From positions 86,242,001-86,306,000 of the forward strand of contig NC_043005.1 in the NCBI RefSeq assembly GCF_006345805.1: a stretch of 64,000 nt of DNA, written 5' to 3'. Source of the stretch: Octopus sinensis (Eukaryota). Positions 41,833 to 53,688 of this stretch are shown one piece after another (the stretch's first letter is position 1; each line of letters begins with the position of its first letter). The translations under genes and the position numbers were made by a program. Below the pieces are notes generated by a model. It saw nothing but the letters and a program-made list of their open reading frames with translations. It searched no databases and was not told where the DNA came from.

Positions 41833-41866
<34 letters not shown>

Positions 41867-42974
41867 AACACACACTCACAACACGTACTTATTTATGTGT
41901 GCAGGCGTATCGTCGGAGCATCTGTGCGTGTATCATTTGTCTTTTTGTGTGCGAATGCATATTTATTACGTGTGTGTCGGCGAAAATAAATCTCAGGCCA
42001 CGTGAGTTGTTCATATCTATGGCTTTATATTGGTGTTTATTCAAATGAAGAAATGACATTATGTCTTTGAGAATCTGTATAAAAGATTAAGAACAAACGC
42101 ACAAAGATGGCGTAGCCTCTTCGAAAGAGAGCATATACTTCTCACAATACTATTAATCTATTTTACATTCTGCTTCAGTGGTATATTATACAAGTGAAAG
42201 AAAAAAACTGCATCAAACATTATCTTAATATCATGCACAATGGATTGTTGTTGCTTCGGCTGGTAGCCTTATATTTTCGATTATATAATACAGATAACAT
42301 ACACAAAATAGTGGACATAGCTACTCTACGTTTATCAAGATATTTGATTCGTTCTTATATATTCTACTAGACACAACGTGAGACCGTGTTTTCCTTGTGT
42401 TTTTAATACAATCTTTTATATGGAGATTCTATATCAACACACATGCACGCACATACACACATACACACACACGCACACAGACAGATACTCATATATTATA
42501 ACACGTTTAATTTTCTTTTCATACAGCAATTACCAAATATTATTTATAAAAGTTACTACTTCTACTATTAATATATATTATTAAGGCTGCCATCTGGAAG
42601 AATGGTTACCATGCCGGACAATATGCTTAGCCGGACAGGGAAAACAACAATAAGACGGACAGGACAGAACAAGGATGTGTGATACGTGGTCTTCTCTCTT
42701 CAGTCAAGTATCCAGATAATCTTAACAGTTTCGGCTGGTTACACTTGAGACTGTCCAAATCTGGCTGGCCCCCAAAAATCCAAGCTAAAAGCATTAGATA
42801 TTTTGGGAAAAAGTAAGCGAATGTGTACGACAACAAAGACAAAGAAACAAAAAAAAGCGAAAAATAAAACTGGAGAAAATATAAACTCAGTTACTAGTAC
42901 AAACAACAAGAAAATAACAAGTGTCTTTCGACTAATATTGACAAATCCATTTCCGCTGGACATCCATTTCCGCA

Positions 42975-43140
42975 GAGACATCACAAAACTGCTACTCAGA
43001 GTTTCACGTTCATGTTTGTCGGTAAAACTGTCCGAACAATAGGAACGTGAAACTCTGAGTAACAGTCTTTGTGATGTCTTTACAGCTTTATTAATAAAGC
43101 ATATTACTCTTCCTCCGGAACTTCCAGTACTATTTTTCCA
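42975..43140. mobile_element. Penelope-type pLTR module (inverted, degenerate HHR pair)
   Basis: Inverted repeat 42976-43011/43043-43080; same family as 45592-45840; AATAAA follows the HHR-like motif. Confidence 0.65.
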
Positions 43141-43845
43141 ACATTTATGCGCTCACTATGATATAAATATATGTATGTATATATATATATATATATATAA
43201 ATATATATCGTTTCGTATTTTTTGATTTAAAATTTTTCACTGTCATTTGAATTAAATTGGAAAATATAGTTTACGGCGGTGTTTTATGGTTTTTATCTTG
43301 TAGCTAAATTCTATATCTTTTGTTTATCGGTTTCGAAATTGGAATCAATTTTACATCATTTCGGACATATGAGTTAGGATTATAAGTGAGGAAAAGTACT
43401 GTATATGAGAACCAAATTCACACACACACACATATATATATATATACGTATATGTTCATATAATATCATTTATACAGGTGTATTTGTGTGTATGTAAATA
43501 TATATGTTTATATATGTCTATATATAAATATGTATTCACACACGCAAACGCATTCATATATATATATATATATATATACATATGTGTATATAGACATATC
43601 TATATATAGACATATATGCATATGTATGCATGCATACATACATATATATATATTGTATATATAATATCTATATACATATATGTACGTATATATAAATATA
43701 TGCATATATATATATATATATGTATATATAGAAAATAGTAAAAAGTGAAAAGACTACAGAAGGCTTGTTGTAAAAGGTTAAAAAATATATATTTGAGTCA
43801 TTATGTCAGAAGAATGTTATGATTTTTTTTTCATACAGTGACATA

Positions 43846-43897
43846 GTTTTTGAAGAAATTACCGGTTTCGTGTTTAACTTTTCAAATTTCTCAAAAC
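43846..43897 (-). ncRNA. minimal type I hammerhead with U3-A8 core in the Penelope 3' UTR
   Basis: AGAAAU-UUGAAAA-GU(UAAAC)AC-GAAA-CCGG-U-A-AUUUCU: palindromic ACCGGU stem III, GUA site at 43860, 6+5-bp stem I. Confidence 0.7.
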
Positions 43898-43916
43898 ATT
43901 GTTATGATTTTGTTCG

Positions 43917-44722
43917 TTAAGAAGTGTAAAGAGTAGAGTTCCAGGTAAGGGGAGGTAATAAGTGATTTCTTCCGGTGTAAGGGAGATAATCGCTTAATAT
44001 TTCTTGCCTTTTTTTATTGGGTGAGTTTCTCAGTATAAGAACGTTAGAATGGTTAAGTTTGGGCTTATATTTTTCAATGAAGAATGTTTCCTTGTTTAGT
44101 CTAACTTGTGTTGGTGTTCCGATAGCACATTGATAAAATGGAAAGATTAAAAATTGTGGTAGTAGTTGCTTTGTGCATTTCTCAATGTGCTCACCAAAGG
44201 GTATCATTCTGTATTCTGGGAATGCAATCTGTTGTCGATGCAGTGTGCATCTACGTCTGAGTGATAGTCCCGTGGACCCCACGTAGTTTTGGTGGCAGCC
44301 CGAGCATCTTATGACATAAATTATGTTTTCAGAGGCACAAGTAAAATTAGTTTTGATCTTGAATTTTTGTCCCTCTTTGAAGAGGAATTCTGATCCTTCT
44401 AGAAGGTTTGAGCATGTTGCACAGTTCGATCTGCCACATTTTTTTACTTTTGCATCCGTAATTTCAGAAAGCAATTTTGCCTTTGTGAGAATCTTTTTAA
44501 GTGATATAGGTTGTTTGTAGCTTTTAATGATTTTATGTATGTTTAGAATTTCCTTTAATTTGGGGTCCTTATGAAGTATTGGTAAATTCTGGGTGATGAT
44601 GGTGAAGGCTTCTTTGTTTCTGGAGTTGTATGTGGATATGTAAGGCAGTATTTTCGGGGAAGGTGTGTTGTTGTGTTGAACTTTTCTTAAAGTTTCTATG
44701 CAGATTTCATTTGTTTCATTTG
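43917..44722 (-). mobile_element. Penelope-like element 3' part encoding the GIY-YIG endonuclease (5'-truncated)
   Basis: LPYISTY, KCGRSNCATC, FTCASENIIYVIRCSGCHQNYVGST, RRRCTLH, GEH, KETFFI..YKPKLN fit the PLE linker, CCHH and GIY-YIG layout. Confidence 0.92.
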
Positions 44723-44781
44723 ATGGTTTCATTTGATGTAGTTAATTTATATACCAGTATACCTCATAATTATGGACTTAA
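44723..44781 (+). mobile_element. inverted Penelope RT motif fragment
   Basis: MVSFDVVNLYTSIPHNYGL matches the PLE RT motif A region, on the strand opposite the EN. Confidence 0.75.
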
Positions 44782-45526
44782 GACTAGTGTTAAATTCGGT
44801 GGAGGAAGTGTCATGGTTTGGGGGTTGATATCTGGAGATTGTGTGGGCCCTTTGGTGCGATTACATGGAAAGGTAAATGCAGGAGTTTATAAACAACTTG
44901 TAAAAGATCATGTCTTGCCTGTGGTGAGAAATTCAACTAAGCGACCACCCATATTCATGCAGGACAATGCCCCATGTCACAAGGCTAAGGTGGTCATGAA
45001 CTTCCTCAAGGCTGAAAAGGTTATTGTTATGGATTTGCCAGCTCAAAGCCCAGATCTCAATCCAATTAAAAATGTATGGAATATTCTAGGAGAACATTCG
45101 AAAGCCAGAAATCCTAAAACAACTGAGCAATTATGGAATGCCCTTCAGGAAGAATGGAATAAGATCACCCAGCAAGAAATTGAAGATTTAATTTCCTCAT
45201 GCAGTCGAAGATGTCAGAGTGTGATTGAAGCTAAAAGGTTTCACACTAAATATTAAATAATTCCAGTATTCTCTGTCATTTTTTATTATCTTGTTATTTT
45301 TTCAGCCGTTCTGATCATTTTGGCCGCCATGGGTTTTGCAGTAAATCACTAAATCATCCATAACTTTTGTATTATCCTCTTAAATTACACCAAAATCTCG
45401 GACACTATCAATTATTACTGTATTTATTGTGTGTGAAAATTATAGAATATAAGACTACTTTGATAAAAACTTATACTTACTTTTCTGACGAAAACAATGC
45501 CGTTCTGAACATTTTGGCCGCAACAG
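44782..45526 (+). mobile_element. Tc1-family transposon 3' half with IR/DR-type right TIR
   Basis: VKFGGGSVMVWG, MQDNAPCH, AQSPDLNPIKNVW (catalytic E replaced by K), TKY* at 45256. Direct repeats GCCGTTCTGA(T/A)CATTTTGGCCGC at ~45305 and ~45499; ends CAG|TA at 45526. Confidence 0.9.
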
Positions 45527-45591
45527 TATATATGTGTGTCTGTATGTCTGTGTGTTTGTATATATATATATATATATATAATATATATATT

Positions 45592-45840
45592 ACTCTACCT
45601 CTGGTATTTGAATACTCTTTTTTCGACCTTGTTTCACATATACCGGAGTAAGCACATAAATATGAAACAAGGTGAAAAAAGAGTATTCAAATACCAGGTG
45701 TAGAGTAATATGCTTTATTTAAAAGCAGCAGAAATATAACAAACGCTTTTACTCAGAGTTTCACGTTCCCGTTCGTCTGAAAGTTTTTAACAAAACTGTC
45801 CGACGAACGGAAACGTGAAACTCTGAGTAACATCTTTTCT
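45592..45840. mobile_element. Penelope-type pLTR module in alternating +/-/+ orientation
   Basis: Two hairpins, 45592-45707 and 45749-45830; flanked by (TA)n. Confidence 0.7.
45792..45837 (+). ncRNA. minimal type I hammerhead-like motif with U4C core
   Basis: UGU-CCGACGA-ACG(GAAA)CGU-GAAA-CUCUGAG-U-A-ACA: GNRA-capped stem II, near-palindromic stem III, GUA at 45829. Confidence 0.6.
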
Positions 45841-46611
45841 TATATACACACACAACACACACACACACATATATATATATTGTTTGAGTTTCCGTTTACT
45901 AAATCCATCCACAAGACTTTGGTCGACCGGAGACTATAGTAGAAAACACCCACTCAAGGTGCCACACAGTGGGACTAAACAGGAATCGTGTGGTTGCACA
46001 GCAAGTGTCTTACCTCACAGTTACGCATGAGCCTATATGTGCACGCCTACACATAGTGAAATATCTATCTCCGTCTCTATTTCTCTCTGTCTGCCTTTCT
46101 CTCACTCTGTCTCTCTCTCTCTCTTTCTCTCATTCTACCTATCTATCTATCTATCATCCTATAAGTATATATAAAATTTGATACAGAGTCAAATGTTTCA
46201 AGTTACTTGGGCGAATAATATTTTTGCCTATTCAGACCGTTTCGGATACAAATAGATCTATGTAAACAATGTGACTGAAGATAGAAAAATAGGTTGGGTG
46301 TATATGCGTATTTTAAGAGTTCTCAATCCTTCTCGGCATCGCATCGAACCCATTACCCATCCAGCAACACTTTGCTTAAATAGCAAAAAAATCAAAGATG
46401 GTGGTGTAACTCAATTGGCGAAACCAATTTTGAATATTAAAGGCATTCCTGGCAACTAGTAAGTAAATCTCAATTGCTTGTGAGCACACCATATTTCGTT
46501 ATGACGTCATAACATAGTACCCTGCATATTAACGTTTATAACTCAATAATGTGCCGCAGCAGCAATAGTAGAGCAGTTCAATCACATTTTACAGTTATGT
46601 CTTGTTTTTTA

Positions 46612-46909
46612 AATTCTTTCAGTCATTTGACTACGGCCATGCTGGAGCACCGCCTTTAGTTGAGCAAATCGACCCCAGGAGCTACTTTTGTATGCCTAGT
46701 ACTTATTCTATCGGTCTCTTATGCCGAATCGGGGACGTAAAAACACCAATATCGGTTGCAAAGCGATGTTGGCGGGAGAGAAACAGATACAAACATTTAC
46801 ACACACACACACACATACACACACACACACACGCACATATATATGTATTATGTATATATATATATATATATATATATACATCTGTACGACGGGCTTCTTT
46901 CAGTTTCCG

Positions 46910-46967
<58 letters not shown>

Positions 46968-46982
46968 ATATATATAATATTA

Positions 46983-47036
<54 letters not shown>

Positions 47037-47194
47037 CATCTGTACGACGGGCTTCTTTCAGTTTCCGTCTACCTATTCCACTCACAAGGCTTTGGTCGGC
47101 CCGATGCTATAGTAGAAGACACTCGCCCAAGGATTGAAACCGGAACCATGTGGTTAGTAAGCAAGATACTTACCTCACAGCCACTCCTGCGCCT
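46612..47194 (-). mobile_element. SINE family A with an internal 32-bp duplication around (TA)n
   Basis: Reverse complement of the family A head and body; duplicate at 46879-46910 and 47037-47068. Confidence 0.85.
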
Positions 47195-48033
47195 AGAAAT
47201 TTGAGCCACCACTGGAAGTTTCCACGATTCTTATACGAATATTTGGTCGTAAACGATGCGATCGAACTTTTAAAAAGAGGAAATGCCTGCAGATGCATAT
47301 CTTAAGAGTACTTGCTCACTCTTCAGCTACAACCCCAAACCATTAAGCTTCCACGTGTTTGTACCACTTGTCAGGAATGTGTTTGATACGCAAATTGGTT
47401 GCATAACGAAATATGGTGTCTCTACCAGCGATTAATGCTAACTAATAAATGTAAATGTTGCATTGAGACATCCTTTTGGGTAGGAAACCTCAACGTCTGC
47501 CGAAGTGACTCGAACCAACACCTTCTGTAAGCCCACAAACGTTCTGTCCTTGTACCAATGCAATTCTGCGTATTTTAGAAAAACCTCTTCTTAACAGCAA
47601 GTATCGTATATTGTTGCTCTCATAAGAATTTATAAGGTTTGGAGGGAATATGGAATACTCCCTTTTTATAAATGGTTATCGAAGCAGAAAAACTATAAAT
47701 AATAACACGTAAATATTGGGCTATAAAACCCATTTCGATAGAAAAATTCCAAGGCTTTGTATCCTGGGGATACGACGGATATTTTTCTATGGTACGAAAG
47801 AGATCCTTCGAATTCCTAAGAGAAAAAGTTTTTCATAGTCAACCTTCGACATTTTCAATCCAAAACTGCTTTACACGATATATATATATATATATATATA
47901 TATTCATATATTGGAAAGAAAAGGCAGTCGGAGTTCTCAATATACAATATCTGTGCACCACTTCAAACACTTTATACACACACACATACACATACATATA
48001 TATATGTGCATAATATACATATATATATATATG

Positions 48034-48080
<47 letters not shown>

Positions 48081-48497
48081 ATATATGCATGTAGTCATAG
48101 CGAGCGATTTGCCTTACGTCCGGCCTCGTTTTGAGTACGAACTATTGACCCGTCATGAAGATTATGAAACGTTAATGTCTCCTACTCCTGCAACGGTATC
48201 TGAGTTATCTCGCTTGTCTATGATTTCTTGAGGTTTTTACACCAGGTATATGGACCAAAAAGTTTTCCCTCACACCTATAAATCACAATCTGCCCACGAA
48301 CTAGCAATACGCATAACTCTTTTATGTATGTTCGATATTATTTATATTCCTCGGACTACTTCTCAGTAACATTTGAATATGAATGTAAAAAAATATATAT
48401 ATACATATTATTTTATCTTACTTTATTTATTAGGGAATAAAATTTCAGGCATCAAAGAGTTTCAAATTATTCTCAAGGAGGAAATAAATATGATATT

Positions 48498-48942
48498 TTA
48501 GAGATAGTAGTCCCGTATAAAAGAATCACACCGTATAAAATAAATTTTAATTTAAGTTAATACTTACTACTCATTTCCCAGCTACACGTGTTTCTTGAGG
48601 TTCCTTAAGCACGCAGTGTTTTACAGGAACCTTTCTTAAAATATAACCCCAATCATCATGCCTCTAAGTAACTTTATCATAGTTCGATACCAAATACCAT
48701 ATTTTAATTTTAACAGATACGTATGTCGAAAATATAGTGTTGGGTATCGAACTATGATAAAGTTACTGAGAGGCCTGGTGAGTGGGGTTATATTTCAAGA
48801 AAGGTTCCTGTAAAACACTGCGTGCTTAAGGAACCGTAAAAGGAACCTCAACAAACACGTGTAGCTGAGAAATGAGTAGTAAGTATTAAATTAAATTAAA
48901 ATTATTTTATATGGTGTGATGAAGGGTACTACTATCTCTAAA
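48498..48942. mobile_element. foldback/MITE-like element, ~210-bp arms
   Basis: Arms 48498-48705 and 48729-48942 are imperfect reverse complements; 23-nt spacer. Confidence 0.8.
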
Positions 48943-51900
48943 TAACACACACACACATACACACATATATATATATATACATACCTACCTACCTACTTAC
49001 ATACATACATATATACATAGATACATGCATACATATATTCTAAATATACTAACATTTTGAGTTGTATGTTCCCCGTTTGCATCGCCAGACTTATATGAAT
49101 ATTTTTTTTATTAATATGCAGCCGACCCCACCAGGCTGCATCGTGTGCTAAATTATTAGATAGCTCAGTTGTTCTGAATATGATTTATCTGTAAACGTTA
49201 AGCCAAAATAAAGTTTTCATTGATGCTTATATTTTTTGGCTTCTTAACATATTAAAACATATTAAAACGTACAAAACCGCTAAGAAGCCTCTTTAATGTG
49301 ACGAACATTTAATTCCAATATCCGCAAGAAGTGAATAATGCTAACATAGAGATAACGTTTGAAACAAGTGAAAATTTCTGGCAAAAAAGAGGGGAAAATG
49401 GCTCACCCTACTGTAGTCTAAAACGAAAACAAAACAATACCAAAAAAATACCATTTTAAGGAATTAAAAGAAAATTATTGAAAGAGTTTGTTGTAAATGT
49501 CAAGATTGTTGGTTGAAAAATAAATCTCTTGTAGCTCAGGCTTCAGTGATTAAAAACAACCGAGAAAGTATTTTTTTAATAGAGTCTTTTGAAATAAGAT
49601 TAATGGACTATGCCATGAGATTTTATACCTTAGAAATTAATGCCTGGCTAAAATACTGTCACAACAGATGATGAACAAAAACGAAAGCGAAAAACAACAA
49701 CAGAAAAAGAAACAATTATATCAATCTTCTTTCTGGCAGACTGATGCTGATGATAGTATCCTTCAGTCAACTATACGACCGCCACCCTCTTATTAATTTT
49801 GTTCTTGAAGACCCCCATAAAACAACGAGGTCGATTTGGTTTCTGAAAAGAACGGACAATGACGTGTCCGAAAATGGATGGCTTCTCTGAAGAGATACTG
49901 ATATGCTGAGAGAAGACATTAAAATTTTGCACTAGACAAATTGCTTCATGAAAGGCTGCTTGCTATTTTATTCTACAAGAGCATTATAATTATTTATGTT
50001 TTATTTAGCCCCAGGTCAACTCTGATCAAGGAAACCTATGATCTAAGTGATTCAAGCTTTGTCCACCCTTTCATATTGATTACATCACATTTTCTGTTCA
50101 CCTCTGTTAATAAAAGTGCAGTAAATTTTGTGTTAACTTTAGTGTTAGTTTTAACTAAAAGAGTGACCGCTTATTGGCCCCTCCGTTCCTTTGCCATTGG
50201 ATAGTATAACTAACCGCTCTAATGAAGTTGGTATTCGTTTAAATACATTAGGTGCGAAATATAGTTGTTAAAATATCTGCTGATCAGAATTCTTCGAACT
50301 TTGGCCATTCGAAACATTATCAAATATTAATCTAATTTTCAAGTGAAGATTAGAGATACATACATGGTTTCAGTAACAGAGAGCTTCAGGTAACTAAAAT
50401 TGGTGTTTGAAGCAACATTTGTTGACCTCATAAAAGCTTCCTATGTTTCAAAGAATAAAGATCATTTAATATATTTTTCGAATCATAAGATACATTTATA
50501 AAATTTTGTTGCTCGTTTTGGATGAAGGACCAGTGGCCATCTCTTTCTGAATCACTCAAACCAAGAGATTGATATTATTAATACTCCCCTTAGGTCGAAA
50601 TCTGCGGGAAAGACATGAGCCGAGGGGGAGTCACTGACGGCTGATACTCTGGCAAGGAAAATCTAGACATGAAGATTAGTGAGTTACCTGGCGGAATATA
50701 AAAACATGCCGGAGCAACTGTGTTGTGATAGCATTAACTCAGTACCCTACCAGTATCTGCGTTGGCATTGAATTTTTGTCATTTTGTCAGCAATTTTGAG
50801 AGAGTTGATATGTCGACTTCAGTGCTCACAAAGTACTTATTTTATCGAACTCGAGGGACGTAGTATTTTGAAGCCATTATGTAAAGTCGGAAGGGAAACT
50901 TTAATCACTTTACTCGGTGCAGTAACGATTCTAACAGCTCGCCAACTTAGCTGAAGAGATTATATTAAATGTAGAATAGGCATCCTTGAGTTTGAAACTC
51001 AAAATAATTACATTTTAAAAATATAAAAATATGTTACGATTCGCTGTAGAAGATTATATATTTGAGCTTTTCTCTGACCGGTTTGCAAGGCTAACTTTTT
51101 AGTGTTTGATTCTGAATCTTTTACACATACGCATAATTTAATTATAAACGTACCTATATTGGACAACATCGATAAAGTTCAATTGTATTAATTTGAAACG
51201 TTATTATTCGTGGTTCATTTAAAAGGGTTCATAATTGCCTTCAATCTTATTTATTCCAGAGTCTATTTCAGCTACAGTCATAGGCATTTATGTAATATAA
51301 AGAGATGACAGCATCTTAATTTTAATCAGAATTATTTGCTATTGACGTATATTTAGCTTTCCTAATGCAAACATTTCTGTTGTTAAATGATTATTTAAAA
51401 AGAAAAGCAACGAAATTAATTTTATATAACGTAGATATGAATAAATAACTTTTACTTACAATTATGTATTATCATTGAGTTTCACAGAAAAAAAATACTA
51501 TAGACACATTCGTCAAATACGGAATATTATCAACAAGGGAAATGAAAACAACTGGGGTTGACCCCAAGGTGGAATCACTCCTGGTTAATGTACGTCCTTA
51601 ACATAGCGAGAAGCACAGCACGTTGGTGGTTTCTCCTCTTCGGAGACAGAAGTTTCTTTAGGCTTAAACAATTGTTATTTTCTTGAATGGTAAGATGTTA
51701 AAGGGCCGGAAAAAATACTGCGAAGTATTTTGTCCAACGTTGCCCTCATATTGTGATACATAATGAATTAATTAGAATTGGGGGGCGGGGTCTACTGACT
51801 CACATGTGAAATAGTCTTAGTTCAGCATACACCGACATACCTGACCATATTCAGAAAAGGCTCACAGATATGATAGAGGTTCATAGTCAAAGACGGGCTG

Positions 51901-52127
51901 AGTCCTTTCTCTGACATTTCTACATTTAATAAAATTTCCTCAGTTCTCATTCTGAATTCAAATTTCGCCAAGGTTGACTTTACTCTTCGTCCTCAGAGTT
52001 CTAAAAAATAAGTACCACGTGACTTGGTCTACTTATCACCTCCCTAAAGATGTAAGAGAATTATTGCAAGCAATCATGCTTTCCTGCGTACAGACAAGCA
52101 CTTGTACTTGTGTGCATGCGTGTATGG

Positions 52128-52160
<33 letters not shown>

Positions 52161-52519
52161 GTGTGTGTGTGTATGATGATTGCTTTATTTTGAGAGATGA
52201 TAGCTAGTGTCCAATCAACACACACACCACACCTCATCACACAGCAGAATCACCCCATTGATGAACACTTGGGTCACTTTTAAGACTAGCTGCTGACTGA
52301 CAGAGTTTAAAACACAAGTGACAGATATTATCCAAGTTTCTTCGACATCTTTGCCTTTCGAATCTAATTCTGAAGGAATAAAATTTTGTGTATTAGCATA
52401 TGTCTTTCAAGTTCAGATATAGTCTTACAAGCTCTTTGACTTATGACACAAGTCGTAAGAGTTGGTTGGCGCCCAAGATCATTACCTATCTGGGCATTAC
52501 GATTTTTATATGATTTTCT

Positions 52520-52860
52520 ATGGTTACGACGACGATGGTTCAAGTTGATCCAATCAACGGAACACCCTGCTCGTGAAATAAACGTATAAGTGGCTGAGCA
52601 CTCCGCAGACACGTGTACCCTTGACGTAGCTCTCGGGGAGATTCAGCGTGACACAGAATGTGACAAAGAGGTATAGAAGAAACAGGAAGAAAGAGTAAGA
52701 GAAAATTCTGGTGAAAAAGTACAACAGGGTTCGCCACAAGCCACTGCCGGAGCCTTGTGGCGATTTATGTGTTTTTGGTCAATAAACACTTCTGGGAATC
52801 GAAATCGCGATTCCACGACCTCGATTCCGCTGTCCTAACCACTGGGCCACTGCACCTCCA
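52520..52860 (-). mobile_element. SINE family B
   Basis: Reverse complement of the head at 52795-52860 and of the family body. Confidence 0.8.
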
Positions 52861-52954
52861 CATAGATATATAATTGTTAAAGAGGACAACAAACGTTAAG
52901 GCAAGGCAAACATTTCAAGTGGTATACTTTATTATTATTGGAAAAAAATTCAAA

Positions 52955-53010
52955 GTCTTACAGCCGTTTCTGGGATATCTACGAACATGGGATATTCCGT
53001 CATCAGAGAC
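52955..53010 (-). ncRNA. minimal type I hammerhead with canonical CUGAUGA core (Penelope pLTR-like relic)
   Basis: GUCU-CUGAUGA-CGGAAUAUC(loop)GAUAUCCCA-GAAA-CGGCUG-U-A-AGAC; GUA at 52959; two mismatches in stem II. Confidence 0.68.
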
Positions 53011-53450
53011 AAATAGAGAAAAATAGGGAAAATGAGAATGACATATATTCATGAGATCACGACATTGAGGAAGTGAGTAAAAGAATAAGGAGATGGAAAG
53101 AAAGAAGAAAAAAAGAGTCATAAAAGATCACTGTTCAAATTTCCGACGTTATAGAAACAAGACCATAAGTGTTTAGGTGTAATCCTGCGTAGATCCTTGT
53201 GGGTCAAAATCCTGATATAGTAGACATCCAGAGAAAAAAAGACGCGAACATATCAACGTTCAATATGTATGTGTATGTGTGGATGTGTGTGTGTGTATGT
53301 ATGCATGTCTGTCTTTCTCTTTCTCTATCCATCTATCTTTATAATTCATAAATTTCAGGCTGGTACAATATTATTTAGAAACTTTTTTACCACCGTAGCC
53401 TAGCGTGTAGAAAAACAAGTCAATAGACTATATATTATTCATTATATATA

Positions 53451-53688
53451 CAGTGTACATTTAAACACATAAGAGATGGCCATAATCGGATATCTAAACC
53501 GCTAGAAGGAGTAGTTAAAATCCAAACCCTAAATTTGGGGTAATTTCGAGTCCAGGAAATGGATGGTGAATGCTTTTATTTTTCATTCCCTTTCGAAATT
53601 ACCCCTAATTGTGGCTTTGGATTTTAACTACTCCTTCTAGCGGTTTAGATGTCCGATTATGACCATCTCATATGTGTTTAAATGTACA

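Larger units (their letters stand above)
38609..41836. repeat. ~600-bp tandem array (3.4 forward units 38609-40660, ~2 inverted units 40661-41836); retrozyme-like
   Basis: Unit starts ACTAAGCAATAAGG at 38611, 39211, 39810 and 40408; reverse-complement copies from 40661; (TA)n at both outer ends; each unit holds a hammerhead. Confidence 0.95.

Noticed and set aside
38609-41836. CRISPR array, rDNA or coding tandem gene; pure long-read foldback artefact
   Set aside because: No spacers, no rRNA motifs and no ORF. The junction is offset by about 210 nt rather than mirror-symmetric, though single-base indels between units may be consensus errors.
42700-42770. HHR-like CAGCCGAAACUGUU on the minus strand
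   Set aside because: No recognisable CUGANGA-like core.
43315-43365. AUGAUG-hairpin-GAAACCGAU motif on the minus strand
   Set aside because: Core and stem I are both broken.
47330-47440. HIPDKWYKH motif reminiscent of R4/Dong elements
   Set aside because: A single short motif with stops; no supporting RT or endonuclease motifs.
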